Assembly (NCBI GenBank): GCA_965637545.1
Contig: OZ281497.1
Location: 1,116,001 to 1,180,000 of the forward strand
Direction of reading: 5' to 3'
DNA: 64,000 nucleotides
Origin: Phallusia mammillata
Taxonomy: Eukaryota
The notes below the pieces were generated by a model. That model made no database searches. It was not told where the DNA came from and was given only the letters and a program-made list of their open reading frames with translations. The translations under genes and the position numbers were made by a program. The first letter of the stretch is position 1. Every line of letters begins with the position of its first letter. Shown here piece after piece: positions 1-15,200 of this stretch.

Positions 1-205
1 CGGCTGGTTTTTAATTTCCTGGTGAACTGGGACAGGGGAAGATCTTGGAATAGTTTCGGGGTGTTTAGGATACACAACATGACTAGGTCTGCTCGAAGCT
101 GAGGTCTGGATGCTGTCATTGTTGCCATGGACTTCTGTGACCTTGTAATGACCTCCATTGATGATCACTGAGTTTGCTTGCTTCTGCGGTGATTGCTGTT
201 GCTGC

Positions 206-251
<46 letters not shown>

Positions 252-3200
252 GCTGTAGTTGGTGTTGTAGTTGTTGCTGTAGTTGGTGTTGTTGTAGTGG
301 TTGCTGAGGCTTTGTCTCGTTCGGTTTGGGGAATCGATACAACTGACTCAATGCATTGGGACTAAGTATCCTTGCATGGCTGCCATCTTGCATTAATGGA
401 CCGACCTCGTCTAGGTTCTCTACTGCAGCAGGTGGCTTGTGATTCGCTGCATCTCTTTCACTGATATACTTCACAGGTTGGGGGTAAGAAGTTGCAGCCT
501 TCATAGGAATACCCTTCTCTGGGTGAATCCCCCCTGCATGAATATCATCAGTTGATGTTTTCGGGGATGGCAACTTCTGCCCTGACGGACTGTACTTCAG
601 TGATTTGATGTTTATAACTGAAGGCTGGGGTGGGACTGTGCTCGGCAAAGATTTTCCAGTTTGTGCCACCACTAGGGGGTGTGGTACTCCCCCAGCAGTG
701 TGAGAGTAGCTCACATAAGGCCATGTTGGGTAAGCAGCTGGACTAGAAGTTGCTTGTGGTGGAGGCATTGGCGGTTTCTTAATGGCACGCTTTGGTGAAG
801 TTCTTCTGTCTCGAGCTTCTTCTTTAGGTGATTCTGTGACAACCGGTGGCTGCCAAGTCCTGCAACTGCTTGCCACTGCATAAGTAGGCACAGAAGTAGG
901 TGGAGTAGGTCTGCTTCGGTCTGGTGTTGATGCTGTTGGTTGCATGCTGCTCCTCACAGTCTCCTGCAGGGCACCGTTTGCTTTTGCGTCATCGAAGAGA
1001 TACTGAGCTGCTCTGGCAACATACGTAGCAGGGTCAATCTTGCCGAAGGGACTATTAGTGAGATGACCTGGTTTATCCAACCACGGACGTGCATGGGAGT
1101 TTTCCACTGGGTTTTCTACTTTCGGAATTCTTTGTTCCGGTTGCCGCGCTTGCGCTACCACCGTTACTTGCTTGTTTTCCACAGGGTTGGTTTTGTATTT
1201 CTGCAACGGAAAAGAAAGTGAGGATGTGTTGAAATGTAAACATATTCTTTGCACGCTCTTTCCAAGAACTATAGTGGTTTAATATTTAACCCCATAATTA
1301 TTTGAGTGGGTTCTTGTGGGAGGTGCCTTAAACAAATACAACTAACTCAGTTAATAGTTAACTCAAGTAAACCTGGAGCAGGGAGAAGTTCCTCAGCATA
1401 AATTTAAGTGCACTTTGACATTTAAAGCTGCTACACTTAAAAATACACATTGACCACTATTTTTTAGGATTGATATGATCAGGGCTGGTTTAACACTATC
1501 AATTACAGTTTAACCATTTTCTATCTCTTTGCTATAAATTTCCGGCAATTTTTAGGGATGGTTTTGTTCCTAAATGACCACTAAATAACAGGGCTAGTTT
1601 AACACCATCAGTTACGCTTTAACGATTTTCTAGCTCTACACTGTTTGTAGTTGGCAATTTTTTAGCGATGGTTTTGTCAACAGACTAACTAACAGAAGGA
1701 TTAATTTTAAAACGCAAACTTACATTTTTCCATCTTTCTTCCTTCATCTTTGCCTCTGCCTCCAACTTCATCATTGACTTCCTCTGCTCCTCATGGAGGA
1801 TCCTCTTCTCCTCCTCCTGGATGCGGAGGATCCTCTCTCTCTCCTCCATGAGGACAGACGGGTGATCCCTGGATGCAGGGTGATGCGGGGACATGTTACG
1901 ACTGGGTGAGTAGTGAACTGCTCTGCCCCGTTCAACTCCCTGGGATTCCTGGGGTCTGCGTGGGGTCATCGTTTTCACCAGTGGGGGCGGAGGTTGGGTG
2001 GATTTTTTACCCACATTGCTCTTTATCGCAGAAGAGGGGGAGTTTAAATGTTCTCGCTGGCGCTCTGATTTGTAATGTTCATTCGCAAGTTTCCTATAAC
2101 AAAAGTTTCAACTTATAGCTTTAATAGCTATTAATTTGAAGAAAATCAATTTTCCAATGCATTTAAAACACTTTGGAGAAACTGCACACATTCTTTTACA
2201 GTTCTAAACACGAAGAAATACAAGTCTAAATCAATTGTCTGCAAAGTAGCGTGAAATTCAAGTGTTAAGATTCCTTACTGTTGTTGAAGTTCTTTGCTTG
2301 TTGCTGGAGCTTCCACTATAACGGGATGTGAAACTTTGGGTGATGCAGTCCTTGCTCCAGGTAGAGCAGCAGTAGCATCAGGTCTGTAAAGTCCCTGGTA
2401 AGCTGCCAGCGCATCACGATTGGCTCCCCAAATTGCATAGTTGGCAAGCACCTGCATAAACACAAATACTATTTACATCTGCTAGAAACAAGTTTTGCCA
2501 GGATGACAAGTGTTTTAATGTTTTAAAAGTTGCTTGATGGTTATGATGGCTGGCTGGGTGCTTCAACTCATAAACAAAATGTATTTGTACCACTTTATGA
2601 GTCTTTGCTTAAAGCTGCACTATCGTGATCAAACAGGCACTGAAAAACATTTTTCAGCATGAGCAAACTTACCTGCTGCTGTAGTTCCTTCTCTAACATA
2701 TCCTGTTGTATGGATTTGTTGATGAAAGGTGAGATAAGGTTTGCAGGGGGAACGAGCCCATTGGCTGCCACTGCTTGCAAGTGTGCCATTGCTGTTGGGT
2801 TGAGCGCACCAGCTATCGCCTGTTAATGAAAATAATGCTCGTTTAAAGACAAAACTGCCAGAAAAGTTTACAAATTAAAAATTCAATATGAATTTTTGCA
2901 GCTGTTTTAATGACTTAACTTATAATGTGTAAGCTATTGCTGCAAGGCATAATATCAAGTTTATAGAGCTCTTCTGGCAAATGTATTTTTATACTGACGT
3001 TTCGACGTCCTATACAGGTCTTCTTCTTCAGGTAAATAACACTAAAGGCACATAGTACAGTGCACGATAAACAAAAGGATAAAAGAATGTATTTAACAAC
3101 TTATTAAGTTAATATTTGTCACACTGAAACAATTGATTTTGGGCTTAAATCTACGTTTGGAAAAGCCTATGTTGGCACATAGTTTGGTCAAGACAACATA

Positions 3201-6200
3201 CCAACTGAATTTAGTAACAGAATAACTCCCAACAGAAAAAAACAAAACTAAAAGACCAAATCGATGTATTGATCTGAATGTAGGAAAGCCCAAGTGAACG
3301 CAACCAGTTGAAATGAAAAATTGATCACAAGTTAGCTGGGATTGACAATTTAGGGAGAAAATCAGAATGCAAATTTCTGAACAGTTTCCAGGAAGTGAAC
3401 TGATATGCCTAAAGACAAAACCAACATCAATATTTTATGCTGTTTAAATGTTGAGCCTAAAGAATTGTTTATTCCACAAAATGAGGTGGTTTTGGAAGAA
3501 ATTTTGTTAAGAATTGACTGTTTCATTTCTCATAACAATTCACTATTTATAAAAGTATGTTCTTTTTTTGCGGACCAATTTGGTAAAGAAAATCTTGATG
3601 TTCAATTTTCACTGGAGTGAAAACACTACAAATCATTTAGTGGGTAAATCACATAATATTACACCAAACAACAGCCCATGTTATGTTGGCTTTTCAGTTG
3701 TTTTATTGGTATCAGCTTAATTTTCTTCTGTTTTGTGACACATTACTGCTTGAGTAAAGTTTTAAAGCCTGTGTCTTGCAAGTCTAAACAGTATAGATTG
3801 TAGTGTCTGGCACTGTACTACACTGATGAAGGTGACCTGTGTAGGAGGGTATAAAAATACAATTGCCAGAGAAGCTCTACAAATTTGATATTATGCCTGG
3901 CAGCAACAGCTTATATATAGAATGCAGTAGTTGGTATTAAGGTTATTGCAGTGTTTCTACTACTCCTATGTTTCAATGACGTACCGGGTTTCCGTACAGC
4001 AAAGGCAAGCCATAATGTAGATAGGGGTTGGCAACAATATGTTGTGGAAGGGGGATCTGGGCCAATGGTTGTGGCTGACCAGACTGTTGAGCTTGCTGCT
4101 GTTGCTGCTGCTGCTGTTGTTGTTGCTGTTGCTGCTGCTGCTGCTGTTGTTGCTGCAAGGCCTGTAAGGGATCATGGTAAAATAAGTAAAATGCTAAAAT
4201 TTCATGAAAACCAAGTTATGTTAACAATCATTGAGTAACTAAGAATGGAAAGTATAAACTGTGATCGTTGGTGACCGTGCTGCCAGTTGAAGGGTCAATA
4301 CTCCCAGAACAATTATTGAGTTTATGTTACAAATTCAATTATGTTAAAGTGAAGCAGTAAGTTTTGTCCTATGTAAAATTTAAGTGACATTAAAATGCGA
4401 CCCTAATTCACATTCTGCATAAACACAGAGACGACGTGTAACGAAAGAAAAATATAAGAAACCCTGCTAGTTGTTTTTGCAGCAAAGACAGGGCAAAGTA
4501 GCAAAGCCCAATTTTAGTCAGAAACGCATTGACCTTTCTTTAAACGACAGACTTTTGTCATCAATAATTCAGCACACAGCAATGAAACAAGTTTGTTGCC
4601 AAAAAACTGTCGTAATGCCCTACCTTATTTGGAAGGCACTAAAAACATAATGTGACAATACACCACTTTTATTTATAGCAAGGAGTTTGGCCTCCTACAT
4701 CGTGGTTTTAATTAGGAATTCTTGATTTGGTTGAACCGGTTGGACAACCCTGGTCAAAATTCACAGAGCACAACTTCAAAAACCTATCTACAATGTGCAC
4801 CAAGTGGAATAGGATTGAACCTTGTTTTATTGATCAAAATGGGTACTCATAATAAAAAAAGTATACATCAGCACAAAGTATCAGCCTAACTTGTATGAAT
4901 TTGTCATAAAACTGAATGCTTTGTGAGAATTAATCACCCTAGCTCTTTCCAACACAGTTTTATGGCACTGGTACATTTCAGTTTACAAACAGTTGCATTA
5001 GTCCCATTGACATAAAACTGAATGCTTACAAAGACATAATGACCCAATCTCCCTCTAATACAGCTTTTTGGCATTGGTACATTACAGTTTACTACCTGCT
5101 GCATTCTGTACATTACCTGGTGTGTGGCAATCGCTGAGAGACTGCGTGCATGAGAGTTTTGATGCATCTCCTGTGTCGTTGTTTCTTCTTCTTTCACTGC
5201 TGCAAAAAACACAAATACTTAAGCTTGTGAAGAATGATGAGACAAAAAAATATATAACATAGAAACAAATATGAAATAGAAGACAAATAAAATCTTAGAC
5301 AAAAGGTTTATGTAAAGTTACGTAAACTCCATTCCTTACTAAAGTCAGTTATGTAAGTTATTTTTGTTGTTTAAAAATTACCATGTTTTGACTCTTCATG
5401 GTAGAAAAACAAAAAGGAGATTCCTTTCGAACAAACAATATTTACAAACCGTACATAATTTTTAACATTAGCACTATTTATAATCTGAAATATAAACAAC
5501 AAATGATCAAAAACTGCTCCATATAATCTGCTCAATCAACTTCAAATCTATATTGAACCCATTTTCTTAAATCTCAAGTCTTTCCACAAGCGACCCTCCC
5601 AACCGACAAATGCAATCACTACACACACGCAACAGAGCCCATTGTTATTTGCTTCGTGCCCTCATTCGTGCGTCACAATGTTCTCGGATGTCGTAAACGC
5701 GCGGCCCTCTAGCCAGCTTGCTTTATGACACCACAAAAACGCTCTTCATTGTTTGCAGACTCGCCTCGCATTGTGAAGTAGCAGAGCGACGCGGGGAAAT
5801 GGGCGGCTCAACCCGGGGGAGGCCGGTTCAAATTACCGATCCGCTTAAACCTCGCAATCTGATGTCGTAATTACGAGATAGAGCTTGGATTAATAACTTT
5901 TACAATTATTTGCGAACGTTACATAAATTTTATTGCAGACGTTTCAAAATTCGCTGTTCTTTCCACCAGTACGTTTTGCAACGACATGTAACATACTAAT
6001 ATACTCTGCAAGCCAGTCTTGTCTAGTTCCCCTAAGGCACCTTACTAAATATAGTGTTCACGAATTCCAAACGTCGCCCAACAGTCCATTTTATGGGCGT
6101 GTTGGAAATTCAATTAAACTGAAGCGCCAACGACAAAACACGTAAGAGTTTCATAGCGTATGAGTATTTGAGCTATTTGTAGCCGGTTTCCTAAAAAACA

Positions 6201-9200
6201 CAACCTTTACGAACTTAGTCACAACCTGTGCTGAGCACAAACTATCCCAGTAGTATCTCAATAAGAACACAGCCCCTTCATCTATCAGCAAAAACCAAAT
6301 ACTTCTGCTCACACCAACACAACTGCGATCAATGATTACCCAACAGTATGAGGTCATAATGCAGGGCGGTTACCAACGGCGTCGTTTGACTCGCCGAACG
6401 TCATAAATAGCTGATGATGCAACAATGCCATTGGGGTCAAGGTTCGCAGTTTGTTTTGCTGCAATTTCTCGCTAAGATTCGGTTTGAGAAACAGTCTTCA
6501 ACTGCGCCACAGCTTTGAGATGTGGTTGGATCGACTTATAACTTGCAACAATCACACTACTATCCAAAACCGCGGTCTATTTGCTTAAATACCTTGCACC
6601 TCTAGCTTGTCCTGTTTCAAGGCTGCAATTAACGCCTGGGATGCTTGCTTGAACCGGCAAACACGACTATCTCTGTACTGAGCTAATCTACGAACAGTTT
6701 AGCACGGAAGATTGGCACGTCCTTTCGTTAGTCATGCCGGTTAAAATAGACTCGTGTATATTGCATTTATAGATCATGTCCCTGCCTCATGCCGGAGGAA
6801 ATGAGTTGATCTATATAGGCATAGGTCGGCATTGATGTCTGCATGTATGATCATGCAAGCTAAGCAACCTTTTGCAACTTGGTTGGGGAATTTCCGAACT
6901 CAGTTCACTCTGGTTGCAATTCAGCAGCATTATATGTCTACAAGAACTCCACGGTTAGGTTGTATGTAATTGCATCAGGTCTAACAAAGTGTTGTGTTTG
7001 TAAACTGTCGACTCAAATTAAGCTACCCTTTTTCACAACTTAATGTAGTTTGTGTAGCTTTGTGTCTTTTGTGTTCAGAACCACCACACTATCCACCAGA
7101 TAGTGTATTAGTCAGTGCAAACCTAACAAAACGTTTCGACAATGACAACACTGCCATACATCGTTTTAACTTGAGTACAAAAGTTAAACTAGCTTCCTTA
7201 CTGTGATTAGAGTCGGAATGATTTGTGTTTAAAACTTCCCAAAGCAACAAGGCAGTGTGTTGGTCAATAAATTGTCCTGGCTCGACTTGTGCACATAAAG
7301 AAGCGGGTTATGCAACCAGCTGTTTCACTAGACAACTTTGCAGTACGTTGTTGCAGCCAAGTATAGCGGGTTACTTAACCAACTTCCTGCGGTAAAGTGC
7401 GGAGAAGTTGTTTACACGCTTTCTTCGAACTGCGTTTGAACCGAAATTAACGACACCTTTGGAAACTAAAGCGCGTTCATTAGCCAGTTTCCACAAGTGT
7501 TAAGTTGAAGACAAACAACCGGGTTCACCGGACCTAAGTTCTCACGAAAAATTACACCACGAGTGTTTTTGTTTCTGGCAAGATTCCTTCCCATATTACT
7601 ACCACATCGAATTCACACAAGCTCCACAAATATCACGAAAAACTATAGCACAGAATTGAATGACGCGCTTTACGGGAAAGCTGGCAAAGATTCGATGCCG
7701 ATTTACGTATTAACCGCACGAGTGGAATCGCCTTGTCATTAAGACTGGAGCGGATGTGGTCCTTAAACACAAAACAACGATGGTGGTTATTTGCAAAGTT
7801 TGACGCAAACAGGCTTTTGCGGATCTCCTCACTGCACGATGTAAACTGACCAGTCCATCCGCAATACCAATTTAAGCTGTAAAATGGCTTCAGAATATCT
7901 AAACGCTTTGAACCTCAAATGACTTGCTGTTGGTTCTGCATATTTCAGGCAGTCAACAAAAAATATTGACCGAAAAATCTATAACTTGGCGACTGAAAGA
8001 AACAAAGCCGCATGATTCCTATTTACCAGTCGCTGCTTAGAATTAAAAGCAAGCTTTCCGTTCTAATAAAAGAACACGGAGTAAAGGGTTGGTCGTTGAC
8101 GCGTCACAGTACCCTCTGTGACCAAACAAACTAGGGCGTAATCGTTCCAAAATAGCGGGAGACAATATCAGTGTGCCATTGTGGCGAAATAATAGGCATT
8201 GTGCGATGTGGAATGCGAACTAGTGCCGGCTGAAGGAGCTGCCTTTAGAGAAAATTGTCACCTTTATGCGTCAAAACCTGAAATTACCAGATGAACCGGG
8301 CAGGTTTTGAAGCGCCTTCAGCTGTGCTGGTCTCTCATAAGCCAAAATACTCGTTAACAACCGTTACAGAACTCAATAGAAAGAACAAATTGACATTGTT
8401 TGTATTAAATGTGAATGTTGAAATATCAACTCCACCATGCGCAATATTTTCGGTTTAACGTGTATGAAACTTTGGCTGTATTCGAAGTAAACTACAGAAA
8501 TTTCGAAACCTGGTCCTATACATCAGTAGATCACTGTGCGTTGTTTCAATTTTCCAAGGGCGTCGCAGAATATTTGTTTCGTGGCTTTTTGTTGTTGTAT
8601 CAATAAACACAACTTATATAATAAGTTTCCTCATTAACTTTTTTTTGCTGGTGCGTCGTAAGTCCAGAAAACTTTCCAGAGGCGTCGCAACAAAAAAAGT
8701 TTGAGAACCACTGCTATACACCAACACTAAACCTATGAATGAGCTATTCTACTAAACTCGTTCACTTCAGGATTAAGAACTTTATCACAAAACAGCAGGT
8801 TAAATCACAAACAAACATAACGTAAACCTCTCACTATCATCTCTGTAACTGTCAACTGCCAGTTTCAAGGTTCGACCGCTTGGCTCATCACACACAAACA
8901 GATTGGAAGAACACAGGAACTGGTCGGGCTTGTGGGTTTACAGCCTCAAGCCAAATCAATCAAGCGACCGACCAAGCAGCGACATGACGTCACAAAAGAG
9001 ATTATGTCGACACAATCTGTGCTCGTGACCCCCGTGCGAAGATTTGGAACAAGTTATTGGAAGCGAGATACAGGAAACGTGTTCGATTTCAAATCGGAGT
9101 TTTCAATCGGAGAATTTGCACACAGAGATTTACTACACGAATTTTGTTACAGATCTTTTTTAAACATCTCGAAATATCCATTCTTAATGAAAATTTGCAA

Positions 9201-12200
9201 AATAATATGTTTGTTTGCAAAGAAACTTTTGTGTAGCGCAAAAACATACAAACTTGTTCTGCTGGCTGCCAATCAAGCACAGCTACAAAAACCACAAATA
9301 ACCACACATGACCACAGTCCACAATGAAAGCGCATTTGTTCTTTTCATCCAAAAGCAGGTTGAAACTTTCGGCTTTATTCAGTTGATCATGCGACCGCTT
9401 CTGCACCCAGTTGAACTTACCGCATCAGCAGTTTCCCAGCGAAACTAACCGCTCGAAATTTCGCAAAGTACAAAGATCACATGGCTGCCTCACGTCTGGT
9501 CACAACACACTTTCATCAATCCAACATCAATCAATTTCATTTGGGCAAGAAACAAAGAAATATCTGAAAGCTGTTGTCACTATTTTAAGCTGACTTCAAA
9601 CTTGTTCGATATTTCTCAGTCACAAAATTCTTGTTTGATAAAACTACTGTTTCCTCTGTAACAAACTGATATAAACACCAATACCTTGAGATAGCAACAT
9701 CGGTAGCTGGGAAAAAAAAACTACACTAGATGTAAATATGTAAGTTAGTTCTGATCAAACCACATTTCCAGCAACTGTATTTCAGCAGATAGTCAACTAA
9801 ATGCGACCAAAAAGCTTAGTTACAATATCAAAAAATCAAACTACTCCATAACCTGCGCAAAACCTGTCTGAATTTCCTCATTGGGGACAAAACTAGAAGT
9901 TTGAGATTAGGTGAATATGCTCTGGTCCCAGTAATTTCCAGGTCATTACTCACTGCGTCTCCCATGCTCGTCAACTGTCCTATGCCAGTTGCTTCACAAA
10001 GAATCACGCGCAAAAAGCGAAATGTAAACACGACCTCCCCCCCACCACCGCCGTACAACGCGCGACGGGATTTGATCGATTATTAGCTGATTGTAGGTCG
10101 GCGCGAGAGCGTCCACTCGTCCCTCTAATCCTCTCGCTGTTTGCTCGCTACAACGCTTGTCGAGCGGTCGAAGGCGGAATCACTCAAAGCAATCACTTAA
10201 ACTCCTGCTGTTTTACTATTGTGCTTGTCAGGCTTTTGTATTTGTATTTTTGTGTAGTTGACATTTAAACTTAAACTTACATGTCACTGAAGAAAACGTG
10301 ATGATTATTGAACCAAATCGTCAAAAGGTGAAGTTACATACGTTTTTGGAACTTAACAGAACGGAAACGCATTTAAACTACAGTTACAACAAGACCGGCT
10401 GTCCTTTAAAGCTTTGCAAATAGCTTTCTGTTTCTCCGTATTGCACAAGATCTTTGAACGAACATATGTTTGTTATAAAGTTGACATAATTGCTTTAAAT
10501 AAATCATTCAAATGTCAGTCAGTCACTATAACACATCAGCCGTAAAACAACTACACAATGAAGAAAATCAGTCGATCTAACAGACGTCTACTGTTCAATA
10601 ACATTTTCTGATGAAGTTCAGCTAAACAAGTCATACCAGGCAAGCGATACTGAACAAACAGCAAAACGTTTCTGCTATCCAGTCTGCTGGAAGGTTTGAC
10701 GAAACAAGATCCTTGCGGTTGTGTCGAGAAGCTCGTAATGCCTTCAGGCAGAACCAGATTGGAGCATGTTGGCAAGTGAACACGCGGAGTATGGATGCTC
10801 AAGTTGCGGGTATAAATAGACCACTGGGATAGCAGGCGAGTCAGTATTATATTTATGGAAGCAATACACATGCGGCGAAGCTACGTGATCTGGTGGCGGA
10901 TCCATATATTGAACTGAGCTGATTGTGTTCATGGTCTGACCAATCGACTTGTCTAGCTCGAATATTGCAAATCGTTAACACATCGCAACGGACCCTAAAT
11001 AAACCGGCGAACTTTTACCTGCACATGCTTCATAGATGCTTAACGACATCGCTTCTCCAATGACATTAGTTGCATAGAAGCTGCTAAATGAAGAACTCTA
11101 AATCTGATTAGCAAATCCAGAAACAAAACGTTTCCGTGGCAATGCAGTCTTGTAGAATTTCTCGCCGTGTGCTGTTCAACCTTTTCCCAGCTGCTCTGAC
11201 CTTTCACCTACATGCCGAGTTTGCCCGCTCCACAACACGCAGGTCATGTACCTTCCGGTTTCACTGCTGCTCAACACGTGATTCGCAATTGTCAGTTTGC
11301 GTGGCGCAGTCTGTTTTGTTTTTGTGCCGTCTCACAGGAAATGCGAACGCCCCCCTTTGATCCGTGGCGCCCACCAACACTGCTGCAAACGGGGGTCAGT
11401 GAGGCTCATTAATGAAACGATAAGCAGCCGCCCTAATAGGTCCTTGCAGTACAGTTTGCATTCATTAGCCGGCGCCAAATAAATTTGAAGTGAACACAGT
11501 TTCACCTTGAGCGTTCCACCTTTTCGTAACACATCGTCGATTGCGATTCGCAGTGACCTTGAAATTGGGCACGTCCGGACAAATGTCGAAGCACAAACAC
11601 GTGACAGCATGGCACATCGGTTCGGAGCTGACAATTATTCAAAGATGTCGTTCTAAACCCTGCTATTAGTGTAATGTGAAGGTAATTGCGTGATCACACA
11701 GCTGCTGGCAAAACAGGCTGTAGCTAAAACACACGGAGCTTGATAAAACTGTCTGTGTCTGTTGCAATGCTGAACTTGCTGCTTTTCCGAATAAAACGGC
11801 GTTTTCAAGCTTTCAGTTCGGCATTTCTGTCTGCTCAGTTGCACTTGATGTCAAGCGTGCTAAGCTGCCTTCAGTGGAATGCAACCACTGCACAATGCAC
11901 GCTTTTTGCTTGTCTGTCACCGTCCACCGCAATCAGTAATCCAATTCAACTCAAGCCTGTCCCATCTATTCCCACTGCCTGTGAACCCAGGGCCACGGTC
12001 GATAGCAGCGAGGCTTTTTAGCAAGCACGAGGCGACATTACACAAGCGGGTAGCCACGATGAATATTTCATGTTGGTCTTTCCATCCCTTCGCCCGCACG
12101 CATACACACACACGTAGCAAACGCACCAGCAGCAGGATATATGGGCGCTGGCATTTCCCCTGTTGACGTCAGAGCGGCTGGCAGCGGCGAGCCAACGACC

Positions 12201-15200
12201 GGTTTGAACTATTGCCACGATTTCTTGGGGGGTCTGCTGAAGGCTTGTTACTTATGGCGCAAATACTGAACGCTGCTGTTGTTGGTCAAACCGACGTGAA
12301 ACGTTGTCGTTTTGAAGACAATTTAACCTTTATACCGACACTAATAACAGCAACGATTGTTCGCAGTAAACTGTTTTAACTGGGCAAAAGTTAACCGACT
12401 GTTGTTTTAAGATTGTAAACCTTGTTTAAACTTGAAAATCAATTTCTCAAAGTCATGGTTCAAGTGCAAACACAGAGCAGCATACAACAAGGCCGTTTGC
12501 CACATATGTGGGTAATTTTTTGTGCGCTATATTAACCAACAGCGGCAGTGGTGGTGTGGGGAAGACCATGGTTTCGTCTGAATATTGATTTCAAGCGGAT
12601 TTGTGCCGGGTTTCGAGGTGTCAGATTTCGACCAGCTGGAGACGCAGGCCGACGAGGGGGCACAGTTCGCTCCACAATATGCTTGTCGCGACCACCACGT
12701 GCAAACTTACAATGCACAGATTCCACATACCTCAGCACAATGTACAAAACGTACAGATGCCTTACAATTGTAAATTCATGTCAAGTCAAGTCAATGTCTA
12801 GTTCATTTGCATTGTCAGTCATCTTATTTTATCGTTGAACGCTTATATAAAACAACAAGGACATGACATAATATTTAAGATAGATTGTCAACTAGTTTTA
12901 TGGCTTGCAAACACTTTCTACCAAACACGCGTTGGTCCAACGCAAAAACCACCAAAAAAATCCAGTTTGTTTCATAGCAATTTTTGATTGTTTTCCATAC
13001 TTTCTTAGGATTGATGCAGCAAAGTCTTGCAACACAAAATATGTGCATGTAGACTTGGCACACGATGATAGCAATGGCAGCCAGCGCATGTAGTCGTGAC
13101 ATTAAATCTGTGCCGGTCACTTAAGTACAAACATTGTCGTGTCAAAACCACAAGCCTTCATTTAAAATGGAGCTTCCGCGATTGACGCTTGTTTATATCA
13201 CAGACGGGTTCACACCGGTTCAAACGCTGCAACTGAAAGTGTCGCACTGTGTTTGTCAGATCACGTCAAGAGATTTTAAACCACAATGGCATTTTGTTCT
13301 TGCAAATGGTGTCACAAGCTGACATCAATTTTTACAGATATTACAGCTTCAAAAACGCCAAAGAGAAATGCGCTTGGCCGTTTTCAAACTTCTACACTCT
13401 ATTGTACCGCGTTTTGTACTTGCAAATGGTTTCACTAAATTACATCCACCTTTAGACATTAAAACTCTAAGACCGTGAAGAGAAAAGCGGTTTTACTGTT
13501 TCAAACTTCTACAACAAGCAAGCAAGCTAATGCATTACATTGATTCAATGATTCAACACTATTTCGTGAATATTTTATGCAGAAAGTTTGATCGATAAGT
13601 TCTCTCGGCCTTCATGTTGTGAAATACCGAGCAACGTAGGTTTAAAGGCTACAGCACAGTTTGTGGCGGAAATGCTTATTTCAGTACCAAGAAAAACACC
13701 AAAACAGATCCAACCGGTTTTGCGCGGTTTATAAGTTCTGATCAGCACAACAGATTTGAACCTGCGCTCGACGCCATAACAGCTTGATTGTTTTGTCAAT
13801 TCTCAACCTTCCAAAACCGGCAGAGGCGTTGACGTGGAATGTAATTAAATTCCGATGGAGACGAGCGCCTTATTGGGACGCAACAATCTTTTCTCTGTTG
13901 ACGTCACAATGAGAAGCGAAAGGTTGATTAATTGTGGAGTACGGGACAAAGGTGGTTGTTATAAACCGGCACGATTTGTCACGAGGATCGGGCGGTCGCA
14001 GCAACCAATGGTAAAATCACAAGCTGTTATTACAACGAGTGACAAAGATTACTCGGATTAAGCAAAGGTGGCGAACAACATCTACAGCTACTAACCAGTA
14101 GCGAAAAGCACAAGAGTCACATCTGCCAACAGTTTTAGCAATCTTTAAAGGTCAATTTCGTCTTTGGAGGTCACGTTTACAAGCCTTTAACGTATCCCTG
14201 ACAGGAACCACTGAGTGACGATACGTTTACGTCACTTCCGTCGTTTCACTATTCAAGCAGACAAACACCAAAGTTACTTCGAACTACATTTAAAGTTCAT
14301 ATTTGCTTGGGCACATTGTCTGCATCAGCTTCTATATGTAACCTTGCATTTAAGTCACCTGTAGTCTTGCTATAGCAAATATACTGACACTTCGATCAGA
14401 CACAACTAAAGTTCACCGCATTTTGCCTGTCTCTGCATTTGATATTAATCAGTTACTTACGATCTACAATTCGCTGATTCAAACTGATGCTTGCGTATTC
14501 AAACCAACTGACCAAAAAGCGGCAGCAAAATTCCAATTAAAGCTTTTTTTCACGAACACCCTATCAGAAATACTTAAACAAAGAAGCAAATAGCTTTACG
14601 TAACCCTGAGCAGGTGGACAAGCTGGTCTGATACACTCACTGGCAATTCCATAACTCGATAGTTGTTTATGTTTAGAACAGAGGATCGATGTGCTGTGAC
14701 GTAAGCAAGGCACGGAAAACGCGCCAACCCTTTCCGTCGCATTTTGAAAGGTCGATCTAAACTTGGCTGGGGCTCTTGTTGTTGTTCACTGGTTAATTAG
14801 AATCGTCCTACTAGGTACTTAAACTATGTGGCTTTATTCGAGAGTCACAAAAGTTCTTAACGTTTCTGAGCCAGTTATTTGTCTATTTTCACGTATGACT
14901 TTAAGGATGATTAAACATACACATGCCATTTCACAAAATGTTGGTGTAAACAATACAACAGACTTGTATAACACTTCATCATCAACTGCAAGTCACTTTT
15001 TTTCACATTCAATCCATTGGGCATCGCAACTTTGTAAACGCATAAGCTTCACAACAAACCTTCAAACAAGCAGTGGCAAAAAGAAAAAAGAAATTGTGCT
15101 TGACTCAACAAACACTTTGTTCTCATAGCACAAAACACTTTGCCTGCTTCGCTCATTCAAGACACACACTAAAGTCCCTTTAACATGGTTGTGTTGTTCC

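Noticed and set aside
174-365. Poly-Val ORF on the plus strand (also the Ala/Val and Ser/Asn ORFs at 3951-4238)
   Set aside because: Antisense or alternative-frame shadows of the KDM3 polyQ exons.
5790-5850. tRNA-like GC-rich structure with GGTTCAAAT
   Set aside because: The T-arm does not close properly and there is no anticodon arm or acceptor stem of the right geometry. More likely a promoter-type CpG patch.
10744-10932. 62-aa minus-strand ORF as an alternative KDM3 coding first exon
   Set aside because: Only a weak possible donor and no homology. It cannot be supported without RNA data.
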